Part shown: positions 38,101-46,562 of the stretch, in pieces
Layout of the letters: each line of letters opens with the position of its first letter
How positions within the stretch are numbered: position 1 is the first letter of the stretch
IMG/VR virus record: IMGVR_UViG_3300025759_000062
Coordinates: 1 to 64,000 of that record
Strand: one strand, 5' to 3'
DNA from: a virus
Taxonomy: Duplodnaviria; Caudoviricetes
DNA length: 64,000 bases
The notes under the pieces: generated by a model
Database searches by the model: none
What the model was told of the DNA's origin: nothing
What the model saw: the letters and a program-made list of their open reading frames with translations, nothing else
Translations under genes and position numbers: made by a program

Positions 38101-39321
38101 AACACCGTTAAAATTGCAGGTGGAACTAACGTTCAAGTTACAGAGGACACATCTACAGGTGTAATTGAAATTGCTGCAACAGATACTAACACAACCTATT
38201 CTGCTGGTGCTGGTCTTATATTAAATAGCCCTACTGTATTTGAAATAGACTATTCAAATAATCCAACTGCTATTATGGGTAGTAATGTTCCAACCGGTAC
38301 AGCAGCTCCTTCTTCAGAAATATTACTTAATGATTCAGGAGGTTCTTTTAAACAACCTATTAATACTATTGGTTTATCTAATTTTTTTAATGATATTGGA
38401 GCTGGTTCAAGTACAGGTGATATTACGAGTGTAAGACTTTCTGGTGATAGTGGATATGCACAAGTTAACAGCGGTGCTGCAATATTTGATGTAGTTGGTG
38501 GTACTGGTATTACAACATCAGGTAGTGGTACAACTTTAACAATTACTAACACGGTAACAGATACCACTTATTCAGCGGGGTCTGGTCTTGAACTTAGTGG
38601 CACAACATTTAGTGTTGATGTGGTTGATAGTACTACACAAACAACAATTGCTAATGCTAGAACTACAACTTCAGGTAGAACATATGCTATACAGTTTGAT
38701 GCAAGTGGTAATTTAGTAGTTAATGTTCCTTGGGTAGATACAAACACAAATACAACTTATACTGCTGATGGTAACTATGGTATGACTTTATCTGGTACAG
38801 CTTTCCGTTTGGAAAATGACCGTAGAAGAAATAGTAGTAGTACAGATATTTATACAGGTAATACTCATGACTATACACACTATGATGCTTCACACGGTAT
38901 TAGATGGTATACGGCAGGTTCTCAAGATATGTTTTTAACAGATGCGGGTGTGTTACATGTTGATAGTGATGTCATTGCTTATTCTAGTACAATATCAGAT
39001 CAATCATTTAAAGATGATGTTGTTACTATAGAAAATGCTATAGATAAAGTTAAGAAACTGAGAGGTGTTGAGTACACTTGGAATGCAGGTTCTAGAAAAG
39101 GTAAAAAAGATTTAGGTCTTATTGCTCAAGAAGTTGAAGAAGTATTACCAGAAATTGTTCATGAGCATGAAATGCCGCTTATGGAAGATGCAGAAGCTGG
39201 TAAAACATATAAGACTGTAGATTATGAAAAAATGGTTGGGGTTCTTATAGAAGCAGTTAAAGAACAACAAACACAAATAGATTCTCTAAAAGCACAGATA
39301 GAACAATTAAAATCTAAGTAA
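35143..39321 (+). CDS. Long tail fibre with C-terminal intramolecular chaperone (peptidase S74)
   Basis: LVDSAPATLDTLNELAAALGDDPNFATT; SDQSFKDD...GLIAQEVEEVLPEIV...VDYEKMVGVLIEAVKEQ. Confidence 0.88.
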   Translation: MATITGSKRLLTISADAMAAENTLTLGGLGVATQTWVNTQIANLVDSAPATLDTLNELAAALGDDPNFATTITTSISTKLDASVNPIKNASVSNDTITFTRADNTTFNITTSDANTNYYLDGLSFDTGTGVLTASVNGATNKTVDLDGRYLTSFDITTQTDPKYLRSNAADTATGLITFSGGITGFTNTAGISGNNYNITGVNQLTINDPGEGIVFSGTTNLTLAVIDDASDNILNLAGTNAKLQVNGTDVLTAHPSISAATSVNNSGRTYIQDITLDANGHVTGIASAAETVTDTTYTLTVGANGGNGSNINLNPSSGGTNTIRLEGGSNVTITENTSTGVIEIASTDTNTDTTYLAGSGIDLTGITFSHTDTSSQSSVNNSNGTVIQDVTLDTYGHVTSLGSVNLDGRYYTESEINTGNITTSGTWTFNGVVNGLYHSVEEDHYYFDDYNGRRNVNAFLKTQYSDIIKFREVADLEYWNGSAWVDGSSQLNNLKNLLDGRKDTNWYVDSTYYKFRFSVTASSSWPTMALIGIESSWTGSSFPGFEMIIEEQQADSSWSTIVTADFASSNGVTNWGTMFKADSALHTGRGGQSLSTRITIDFYGWTPSNSSYVTIPLQNIFIYSNFSGIANNDYHNLINYDRHVTVPNKLFITTTDTNTSSTTALVLNGTEVEKRTLGSNAFNSTQIPTVNNATLTVQGTGALGGSGTFTANASSNATISITHDDTSTLSGLYGGNNNGVVIEDITVDGYGHVTAIGTRDLDSRFDNYGSWTISDTVNSESISSGDTVNVIGGGATSVSYDVASNTLEISSTDTNTNTNYYLTGLSYNSGTSVLTATVNGAANPTVDLTDKIYADALAVTGNGTTSQYLRSDGDGTFTWATPPDTNTDTNYYLSGLSYTSSSSVLTATVTGGTNQTLDLTNKIYADALAVTGNGTSGQFLRSDGDGTFTWATPTDTDTNTTYTLTVGSGTSNAANINLNPNTGGTNTVKIAGGTNVQVTEDTSTGVIEIAATDTNTTYSAGAGLILNSPTVFEIDYSNNPTAIMGSNVPTGTAAPSSEILLNDSGGSFKQPINTIGLSNFFNDIGAGSSTGDITSVRLSGDSGYAQVNSGAAIFDVVGGTGITTSGSGTTLTITNTVTDTTYSAGSGLELSGTTFSVDVVDSTTQTTIANARTTTSGRTYAIQFDASGNLVVNVPWVDTNTNTTYTADGNYGMTLSGTAFRLENDRRRNSSSTDIYTGNTHDYTHYDASHGIRWYTAGSQDMFLTDAGVLHVDSDVIAYSSTISDQSFKDDVVTIENAIDKVKKLRGVEYTWNAGSRKGKKDLGLIAQEVEEVLPEIVHEHEMPLMEDAEAGKTYKTVDYEKMVGVLIEAVKEQQTQIDSLKAQIEQLKSK

Positions 39322-39322
39322 G

Positions 39323-39826
39323 ATGCCATTACAAGGATCAGGTCAAATATCAATTTCTGAAATTGTAGGTGAACTATATCAAGTATCCCCTGCAAATGAT
39401 TCAGATAGAAGTTTAGCTAATTTATCTGCGGCTGCAAATAATACAGATTCCTGCAATACAGGTTCATTACCGGCTTCTAATGCAGCACCACATGCAATGT
39501 CAGAGTTTTATAACTATGATCATCAATGTACGTCAGGACCTACATTAACACAATGTAATGTAGTTGGACCATATGGATCTGATTTTGAAGCTTGTTCATT
39601 TGGACCTATGCAATGTGAAGGTGAAGGTATGACTGTTTATGTTACAGGTACTTGTTGTATTCAAATGGGGGATGCAGTGTATGTAGATTCTAATGGAGTA
39701 ACTTCGTTATTTCCTGGTATATACTATTTGTGTGATTGTTTTACTCCTCAAGCTGTTGAAATAGGAGATGAAGGTCAAGTTATTCTAGTATATTTATGTG
39801 AAGAAGGTGAAGGGGGAGGAAAATAA
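39323..39826 (+). CDS. Tail-fibre-tip-associated Cys-rich protein
   Basis: MPLQGSGQISISEI N-terminus typical of small genes after S74-type fibres; APHAMSEFYNYDH. Confidence 0.6.
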   Translation: MPLQGSGQISISEIVGELYQVSPANDSDRSLANLSAAANNTDSCNTGSLPASNAAPHAMSEFYNYDHQCTSGPTLTQCNVVGPYGSDFEACSFGPMQCEGEGMTVYVTGTCCIQMGDAVYVDSNGVTSLFPGIYYLCDCFTPQAVEIGDEGQVILVYLCEEGEGGGK

Positions 39827-39842
39827 AATTTTTACAATTTTT

Positions 39843-39873
39843 TTTGACTTCTTTTAAAAAAATTATATATTTG
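39843..39873 (+). promoter_or_regulatory. Bacteroidota sigma70-type promoter
   Basis: TTTG (39843-46), 19-nt spacer, TATATTTG (39866-73). Confidence 0.65.
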
Positions 39874-39895
39874 ATCAATTAATTAATTATATGTC

Positions 39896-40180
39896 ATGGC
39901 AAAAAAATCAACAAAAAAAGCAGCAGCTGAAAAAAAGATCACTGCTGAGGAGTTAGAACAACTTCAAGCTTTACAACAAGCAATTAGTAATGCTGTTAAT
40001 AATCTAGCTAATATTGAAATTGCAAAACATGAACTATTAAAAGATCATGCTGCAATGAAAGCTAAAATGCAAGAAGTATCTTTACAACTCCAAGACAAAT
40101 ATGGAGAAGTAAATATTTCTCTAGCTGATGGTGTTATTTCAGATATCCCAGAAACAAAGCTAGAAGCAGTAGCAGAATAA
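39896..40180 (+). CDS. Small coiled-coil protein
   Basis: KITAEELEQLQ...LQDKYGEVNISLADG. Confidence 0.8.
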   Translation: MAKKSTKKAAAEKKITAEELEQLQALQQAISNAVNNLANIEIAKHELLKDHAAMKAKMQEVSLQLQDKYGEVNISLADGVISDIPETKLEAVAE

Positions 40181-40309
40181 GCTTAAACAAGCTTTACATT
40201 TAATCCTATTTTACAGCTGAATAGTAATTAAACTTCTTGTTTGATTACAAAAATTTACGTATATTATAATGTATACTAGTAGGTTTTATTAGTTGTAAAA
40301 TAGGATTTT

Positions 40310-42415
40310 ATGTTACCAAAGACTGAGTCTAGCACAGTACCGTGCTCAAATATATCATCAAACTGTGTTGTCTGGCAAGGTCCAGATATTCCCTGTATTG
40401 AATTATGTACTGGAGACACTATTAGTGACGTAGTTGCAGCATTAGCTCAGCAATTATGTGACTTAGTTATACCTGAACCTAATCTAGATGGTTTAGATTT
40501 ATTGTGTGTTTTACCACAAGGACAGTCACAACCTGATACAGTTAAAGATATATTTCAACTAATAGTAAACTATATATGTGATGATGAAGGTGAAGGTGAC
40601 TATGAATTACCTACATTAGCTTTACCACAGTGTTTATATTATGATGATCCAACAACTGGTGATCCAGTTACTGCGTTACCATTAGACCAATACGCTTTAT
40701 TATTAGCAAATAAAATTTGTGATATATTACAAGCTATTGATATTATAAATGTAACACTGTCAGATCATGAAACTAGAATTACAATTTTAGAAGATTGCGT
40801 ATTAGATGGAAATGGTAACTGTAATATTGGAGGTGGAGATCCAGATGTTTTTTCAACTTGTATTTTAGAAAATCAAACTGTTGCAGCATCTGTTTTATTA
40901 TTAGCCTTAGAAGAGGCTTTTTGTGATTTACAAGATGCTGTAGGTGCACCACCTCTTGTTAGTGCTGCGGTTAATCAAGCTGGATGTATCACAAGCTCAG
41001 ATCCCATGCTTAGCTCAGCAGGCACTTATGGTGGAGTAGCAGGATGGACAAGTACACCAACAACTTTATCTCATGCTGTAGGAAATGCTTGGATTGTTAT
41101 ATGTGATATGCATCAAGCAATTAAAGATATTCAATTAAATTGTTGTCCTGGAGCTTGTGATGATGTTGTATTTGCATATACAACAACACTTACTACTAAT
41201 GCATCAAATGTTCCAAATGGTATTGATTTTGATTTTTCAGGATCAAGTGTTCCTGCTGGATTTAATGATTGTGGTGGTTCTACTACTATTGTTGTAACAG
41301 ATCAAAATGGTGTAGTTGCTAATCAAACGTTTACTTTTGTAAACTATGCTGGAACTAATAATATTTTAAACTTTAATTTAGCAACAACATCTTTAAACCT
41401 TGCTGATGATTTAGATGTGTCTATTAGTTTCTGTATAACAGATGGCGTAGATCAATGTGATGCAGTAATTACAGATGTAGTTGAATCTTCTGTACCGTGT
41501 CCAACAGATACACAAGTAGAAGGAGTTACGGATGAAGAAGCATTTTTAACATTTACTAATGTATTAGGTACTTCTGCGGTATACACAGCAACCTTAACTG
41601 ACACAACTGATGGTTCAAGTAATAATGTATTTATGGTTACAGGATTGGGTACAAATGCATCAATACATTTAACACCTTTAGATGAAAGTACAGATTATTC
41701 AGTAGTATTAAGCGTTCAAGTAAATGGGGTTACGCAAACTTGTGGAACATTTACATTTACTTCACTAGCTGATTTAGGTATTCCGGTTGGTCAAGGACTA
41801 ACAGCAACTGGAAGTGAAGGTGAGTATTTAATACCTGTTGTAGTTGGAACAGGTGCTGGAACATTTGAAGTACATTTTAATGCTCAGAGTATTCCAGATA
41901 GATTCCAAATATATGCAAGTCCTTCAAGTGATGTTTACGCTAATATGGCTGTAGTTGCTGACTCTTTATATGTAGGTGATGGAGTAAATGCAACAACGCC
42001 TGCTAATGGTGTATATCAAAATTTACCTCAATATACTTATGTAGGTGATGGTACAGGTAATGCTACTGGACCAGGTGAACCAGGTCCAGATTGGAATATA
42101 AGTCAAGGTACAGTTACTTTAACTATATCTGATTCATCAGTTTGTAATCCTACTTCTACTAAAGCGGGTACAGATCCTACAAATGGTGCTGCAAGAAATG
42201 GTGCACCGGGTGCTCAAATTGGTATGATGCCTATATGGTATCAATCACAATTTAATTATGATAATGGTACTTCAAGTAATGGTGGATTACATGTAAATGG
42301 TAATGGGTCTATATCATTTACTAAAGGAGTTACAACAAGTAGTGTTGTATATATAAGAGTAGAAAGTGCTAATGCAGCGACTGGATGGAATATATGGGGT
42401 ACTAACTTTAGTTAA
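40310..42415 (+). CDS. Cys-rich structural protein with FN3/Ig-like region
   Basis: ISSNCVVWQGPDIPCIELCTGD N-terminus; many cysteines; LTPLDESTDYSVVLSV. Confidence 0.7.
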   Translation: MLPKTESSTVPCSNISSNCVVWQGPDIPCIELCTGDTISDVVAALAQQLCDLVIPEPNLDGLDLLCVLPQGQSQPDTVKDIFQLIVNYICDDEGEGDYELPTLALPQCLYYDDPTTGDPVTALPLDQYALLLANKICDILQAIDIINVTLSDHETRITILEDCVLDGNGNCNIGGGDPDVFSTCILENQTVAASVLLLALEEAFCDLQDAVGAPPLVSAAVNQAGCITSSDPMLSSAGTYGGVAGWTSTPTTLSHAVGNAWIVICDMHQAIKDIQLNCCPGACDDVVFAYTTTLTTNASNVPNGIDFDFSGSSVPAGFNDCGGSTTIVVTDQNGVVANQTFTFVNYAGTNNILNFNLATTSLNLADDLDVSISFCITDGVDQCDAVITDVVESSVPCPTDTQVEGVTDEEAFLTFTNVLGTSAVYTATLTDTTDGSSNNVFMVTGLGTNASIHLTPLDESTDYSVVLSVQVNGVTQTCGTFTFTSLADLGIPVGQGLTATGSEGEYLIPVVVGTGAGTFEVHFNAQSIPDRFQIYASPSSDVYANMAVVADSLYVGDGVNATTPANGVYQNLPQYTYVGDGTGNATGPGEPGPDWNISQGTVTLTISDSSVCNPTSTKAGTDPTNGAARNGAPGAQIGMMPIWYQSQFNYDNGTSSNGGLHVNGNGSISFTKGVTTSSVVYIRVESANAATGWNIWGTNFS

Positions 42416-42436
42416 AGAATAAAAAAAAAATAAAAA

Positions 42437-43033
42437 ATGAGTTGTAATAATCAATGTGAAAACTGCAATGGATGTCAAGACTGCAATTGTTCTTGCTCTA
42501 AGATTCCTTGTGGTTGTAAAGATGTAAGCACAACAACTCCATGTGGATATACTTTATGTACTACTGGTGTAGAACGTTGTGATGATGCGGAGTGTGCTGA
42601 ATGTGTAAGCTACTGTGGTACTACATTTCAAATAGAAACTCCACAAGGTACAGTAAAGATTGAATCAGGTGAAAGACTTGATCAAATCATACAAAAACTT
42701 GCTATGTTTTCTGCACTTGGTGTAGGAGCTTGTACAGCAGATAACGTACATCATGGCCCATATAATATTTATGCAGAAGCAATAGACACTGACAAGGTAA
42801 CAATTGTTTGGGGTGGTGTATCATCATTTACTGAAAGCTTTAATGTATACTATGATACTGTAGTAGCACCAACAGGATGGACTCAAGCTAATGTAAATCC
42901 AGTAAATGCAACAGACACTCAATATGAGTTAACTGGTTTAACATCAGGTACAGAATACAAAATAAAAGTTAGTTCTTTATTCTCAGGAAACTATTGTGAT
43001 TCTGTAGAAATATTGATTACAACTTTAACATAA
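42437..43033 (+). CDS. Cys-rich protein with C-terminal fibronectin type III domain
   Basis: Metallothionein-like Cys cluster at the N-terminus; IVW...FNVYY...YELTGLTSGTEYKIKV. Confidence 0.75.
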   Translation: MSCNNQCENCNGCQDCNCSCSKIPCGCKDVSTTTPCGYTLCTTGVERCDDAECAECVSYCGTTFQIETPQGTVKIESGERLDQIIQKLAMFSALGVGACTADNVHHGPYNIYAEAIDTDKVTIVWGGVSSFTESFNVYYDTVVAPTGWTQANVNPVNATDTQYELTGLTSGTEYKIKVSSLFSGNYCDSVEILITTLT

Positions 43034-43035
43034 TA

Positions 43036-43080
43036 TCAACAAGAAGTAGTGGTTTGTTGGTTTTCTACTACTAACGTTGG
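43036..43080 (+). ncRNA. Candidate 3'-UTR hairpin RNA with loop GGUUUGUUGGUUUU
   Basis: AGTAGT/ACTACT stem plus TCAAC/GTTGG basal stem, directly before the terminator. Confidence 0.4.
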
Positions 43081-43109
43081 AGAGGGTCCCTACGGGGACC
43101 TTCTTTTTT
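43081..43109 (+). terminator. Rho-independent terminator
   Basis: GAGGGTCCC-TACG-GGGACCTTC followed by TTTTTT. Confidence 0.88.
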
Positions 43110-43154
43110 ATTAGATTTTTTTTATTAAATTTGGAAAACCTTTAATTATTTATT

Positions 43155-44375
43155 ATGGATAAACTCAAGAAAAAAGTTATAGAGAGTTTAAAATGGAAAA
43201 AGCATCCTTCTATCAGTAGTGCCAGAATAGGGATTAGTGAAGAAGATTATGTAAAATTAAAAAAAGAAGTCTTACAAGAAAGAAAGACTGATAGAAAAAA
43301 ACGTAGATTTTTTAGCAATGCATCTAAGAATGCAGAAATAGCAGAAGCTATTGACCTTGATAAGGGAGAAGGAAAGATTTCAGGAACATTTGATCATGAA
43401 CCTAAATCAGCTGAAGAAATAATCCAATTACTTAAAATTGATACAGATAGATGGAGATTATCTCAATACTGGAATAAACAGATGGGAGATCACTGGAGAG
43501 TATCAGCTTTAGTTTCTCAGATCAAGAATCCAGAAGAACAATTATTTAAAGATCTTTTAGAAAATTGGGAACCTAAAACTTATAAGATTCCAACAGCAAA
43601 AATTAAAAGAGGAGATAGGGAAATTGTATGTGGTGTTATGTCACTTCAAGATATACACTTTGGTAAAGAAGGTAATGACACCATTGACAAAGACTTTGAA
43701 GATACTGTAAAGAATCTGATGCAAAGAGCTGCAACATCACACTATATAGAAAAGATGTATTTTGTTATAGGAGGTGATTTAATTAACATGGATACCTTTG
43801 AAGGTACAACTACTAGCGGAACTGGTTTAGACAATTGTATGACAGCTACAGAAGCTTATGTACAAGCTTTTGATGCCATGCATTGGGCTGTTAACTATAT
43901 CAAGGCATTCTGTAAAGATTTAGTTATTGTATACGTACCTGGTAATCATGATAGATTATCATCTTTTCATCTGGTTCATGCTTTATCTAAGTCAATAAAA
44001 TCTAATGAGATTACATGGGATATAAACTATGAAGAAAGAAAAGTTCATGTATACGGTAATAACTTTAATGCTTTTGAGCATGGAGATAAACGTAGTAAGA
44101 ACAATCCTTTAATATATGCCAGTGAGTATCCTAAGCAATGGGGTTCTACTATTAATAGAACTTTGTTTAAGGGTCATATACATACTGACAGAAGAGTTGA
44201 GTATATGACATCTAATGAAACAGCAGGTTTTATAGAAAAGACATTACCAAGTCTAGGTAAGACAGATTATTATCACTATTCAAATAAATATGTTTGTAAT
44301 AGAAGATCTGGTAAACTAGAATTACAACATCCAATAATGGGTAATATTTGTGAATTAACCTATCAAGCACTTTAA
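43155..44375 (+). CDS. Calcineurin-like metallophosphoesterase
   Basis: DIHFG, GGDL, PGNHD, EHGD, GHIH motifs; TAAATTTG (-7-like) element at 43126. Confidence 0.85.
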   Translation: MDKLKKKVIESLKWKKHPSISSARIGISEEDYVKLKKEVLQERKTDRKKRRFFSNASKNAEIAEAIDLDKGEGKISGTFDHEPKSAEEIIQLLKIDTDRWRLSQYWNKQMGDHWRVSALVSQIKNPEEQLFKDLLENWEPKTYKIPTAKIKRGDREIVCGVMSLQDIHFGKEGNDTIDKDFEDTVKNLMQRAATSHYIEKMYFVIGGDLINMDTFEGTTTSGTGLDNCMTATEAYVQAFDAMHWAVNYIKAFCKDLVIVYVPGNHDRLSSFHLVHALSKSIKSNEITWDINYEERKVHVYGNNFNAFEHGDKRSKNNPLIYASEYPKQWGSTINRTLFKGHIHTDRRVEYMTSNETAGFIEKTLPSLGKTDYYHYSNKYVCNRRSGKLELQHPIMGNICELTYQAL

Positions 44376-44410
44376 AGAACAGACTTTAAACTTTTATAAG
44401 TGCTGTTTTT

Positions 44411-44429
44411 TTTGTAAATTAATAATGTA
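44411..44429 (+). promoter_or_regulatory. Late-promoter-like motif TTTGTAAATTAATAATGTA
   Basis: Copy of the recurrent motif, 4 nt before ATG 44434. Confidence 0.55.
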
Positions 44430-44433
44430 AACT

Positions 44434-45000
44434 ATGATTAGTAATTTCAAAAAGCCTAATCTAAATGCTCCTAGATATAGGAGAAAAACATTAGGCCTAC
44501 TGAATAAAGAAACATTTAAGGAATTTAAAGACAAGAGACCACTATACTCTAATATAGATGATAAGAAACTAAAAGAGATTATAAAACTATATAACAGAGC
44601 ATTATGGGAAGGAGTCATAAAACATAGAGACGGTGTAGAGTTACCAGACTCATTAGGTTATTTGTTTATAGGAACATGCCCTCCAGCAAAGAATGTAAAC
44701 ATAGATTATTCAAAGTCTAATGAATATGGTAAAGTGCTAAGAAATAAGAACTGGGATACGGATGGCAATATAGGTAAGATTTTTTATACAAACTGGTCAA
44801 CAAAGTATAGATTTAAGAATAGAGAACTTTGGTCATTTGTTGCCTGTAGAGATTTTAAAAGAAGCGTTGCCAAAGAATATCCTCAGAACTGGACAAAATA
44901 TATAAAGATGCAAAACAAGATGAAAGTTTCACATCTATATGATCCTAACTTAGAAGACACTAACAAAACACTAAAGGACTATGATGAATTTGAAACATAA
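44434..45000 (+). CDS. crAss-type IHF-like protein of the tail module
   Basis: GVELPDSLGYLFIG and FVACRDFKRSVAK; precedes the ring/muzzle genes as in crAss-like phages. Confidence 0.55.
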   Translation: MISNFKKPNLNAPRYRRKTLGLLNKETFKEFKDKRPLYSNIDDKKLKEIIKLYNRALWEGVIKHRDGVELPDSLGYLFIGTCPPAKNVNIDYSKSNEYGKVLRNKNWDTDGNIGKIFYTNWSTKYRFKNRELWSFVACRDFKRSVAKEYPQNWTKYIKMQNKMKVSHLYDPNLEDTNKTLKDYDEFET

Positions 45001-45005
45001 ACATC

Positions 45006-45677
45006 ATGACAACTATAGGATCAGTAATATCAAGAATCAGAGGTCAAGTAAAAGCAGAAGTTCAAGATGCTTTTGTAACTGATAGATATATTTATAGCTT
45101 AATTCAAAAGTTTGCACAGCTATTAATTAGAAGACAAGACAGTGCAAATAAGTTAATGAAATTTAATGCTATATGGAAAACCTTACCTTTTATAGAGTTA
45201 ATTGAAGTAGATAAGGTTGAAGCTGAGTGTACAGGGATTCAATCAGGCTGCACAATTAAAAGAACAAAATACAAATTACCTAATATGCTACAAGGCTATT
45301 GGGGTCCTCTTATTAGAACCGTTAGTTCAATTGATGGTTCTAAAGAATTACAAGCAACACATCCGGGTACTTACACATCACTAACTAAGACTACTTCTTT
45401 TAAATATAATAACAAGAAGTATTTTTGGTTTTTAAATGGATACCTATACTTTCCAGATCTTGAATGGGATGCTGTTAAGTTAGAAGGTGTATTTGATGAT
45501 GATATCTCAGACTGGTTGTGTGACTCAGAAGATAAATGTCAACCTAGATATTTACATGAGATAAACATACCAGAAGCTTTGTTTGCTGAAATAGAACAAC
45601 AGGTGTTAGTTACTATGTCTAATGCTATAAGAATTCCACCTGAAGATTCTGATAACAAAATTAATATCCACAGATAA
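45006..45677 (+). CDS. Tail ring protein
   Basis: KYFWFLNGYLYFP; synteny. Confidence 0.6.
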   Translation: MTTIGSVISRIRGQVKAEVQDAFVTDRYIYSLIQKFAQLLIRRQDSANKLMKFNAIWKTLPFIELIEVDKVEAECTGIQSGCTIKRTKYKLPNMLQGYWGPLIRTVSSIDGSKELQATHPGTYTSLTKTTSFKYNNKKYFWFLNGYLYFPDLEWDAVKLEGVFDDDISDWLCDSEDKCQPRYLHEINIPEALFAEIEQQVLVTMSNAIRIPPEDSDNKINIHR

Positions 45678-46558
45678 TGGCAATTTCACATAAATATAGA
45701 ACCTTTGATAGTTTGATGGAGGATGTATCCATTGACTTTTCTAGCTATGCGCTAGATGGTATGATAGATCCTGCACAACTTATTAAAGTAGCAACACGGG
45801 TAAACTATGACCTGGGTCTTAGGATACATAGAACAAAACAAATAGTTTTAGAAGTAGAACATAACAAGGCTAGATTACCTCATGACTTTGCATATTTAAA
45901 CTATGCATTTGTTTGTGGTGATTATACAATTGAACAGAAGATGCCTTCTGGGACACATGTAGAAGATGTAGCTATAGATTATGTACCAGATCCTGGAACT
46001 ACTGGACCTTGTGAAGATCCTAAATGTAATGATGTTTGTGTGCTTACTAACTGTGGAGGTAACGTAGAATACAAACTTGTACAGAAAACAGGTTCATCTG
46101 AATATAGAACATACACTGCTTTTGCTCCTTTGCGTATATCTACCGTAAATGACCAAACTTGTGATTGTCCAAATATTAATGTTAGATCATCTATGATTGG
46201 AGAAATCAAAGATGGTTTTTTAAAAACCAATTTTAAGACAGGTAAAGTATATATAAATTACCAAGGAGCTATGGAAGATAGTGAAGGTAATCTTCTTGTA
46301 TTTGACCACCCTTATTGTAATGAATATTATGAGTATGCTCTAAAACAAAGAATTTTAGAGAACATGATATTTGCTGGTGAGAATGTTGCAAATCAATTAA
46401 GTCTCATTGAACAAAGACTTAGAGCTGCAAGAAATAATGCATTGTCATTTATTAATACACCAGACTTTGAAGAACTAAGAAAGATGTGGGAAGTGAATAG
46501 AAAAGCACAATACCACAACTATTACAATATGTTTAAAAGCGGATCTACATTAAGATAA
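45677..46558 (+). CDS. Tail tubular (ring) protein
   Basis: LEVEHNKARLPHDF...KTNFKTGKVYINY...DSEGNLLV pattern; directly upstream of the muzzle gene. Confidence 0.7.
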   Translation: MAISHKYRTFDSLMEDVSIDFSSYALDGMIDPAQLIKVATRVNYDLGLRIHRTKQIVLEVEHNKARLPHDFAYLNYAFVCGDYTIEQKMPSGTHVEDVAIDYVPDPGTTGPCEDPKCNDVCVLTNCGGNVEYKLVQKTGSSEYRTYTAFAPLRISTVNDQTCDCPNINVRSSMIGEIKDGFLKTNFKTGKVYINYQGAMEDSEGNLLVFDHPYCNEYYEYALKQRILENMIFAGENVANQLSLIEQRLRAARNNALSFINTPDFEELRKMWEVNRKAQYHNYYNMFKSGSTLR

Positions 46559-46562
46559 TAAG

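Noticed and set aside
27478-39321. Diversity-generating retroelement acting on the tail fibres
   Set aside because: No reverse transcriptase, and the repeats differ at synonymous positions of all bases rather than only at adenines
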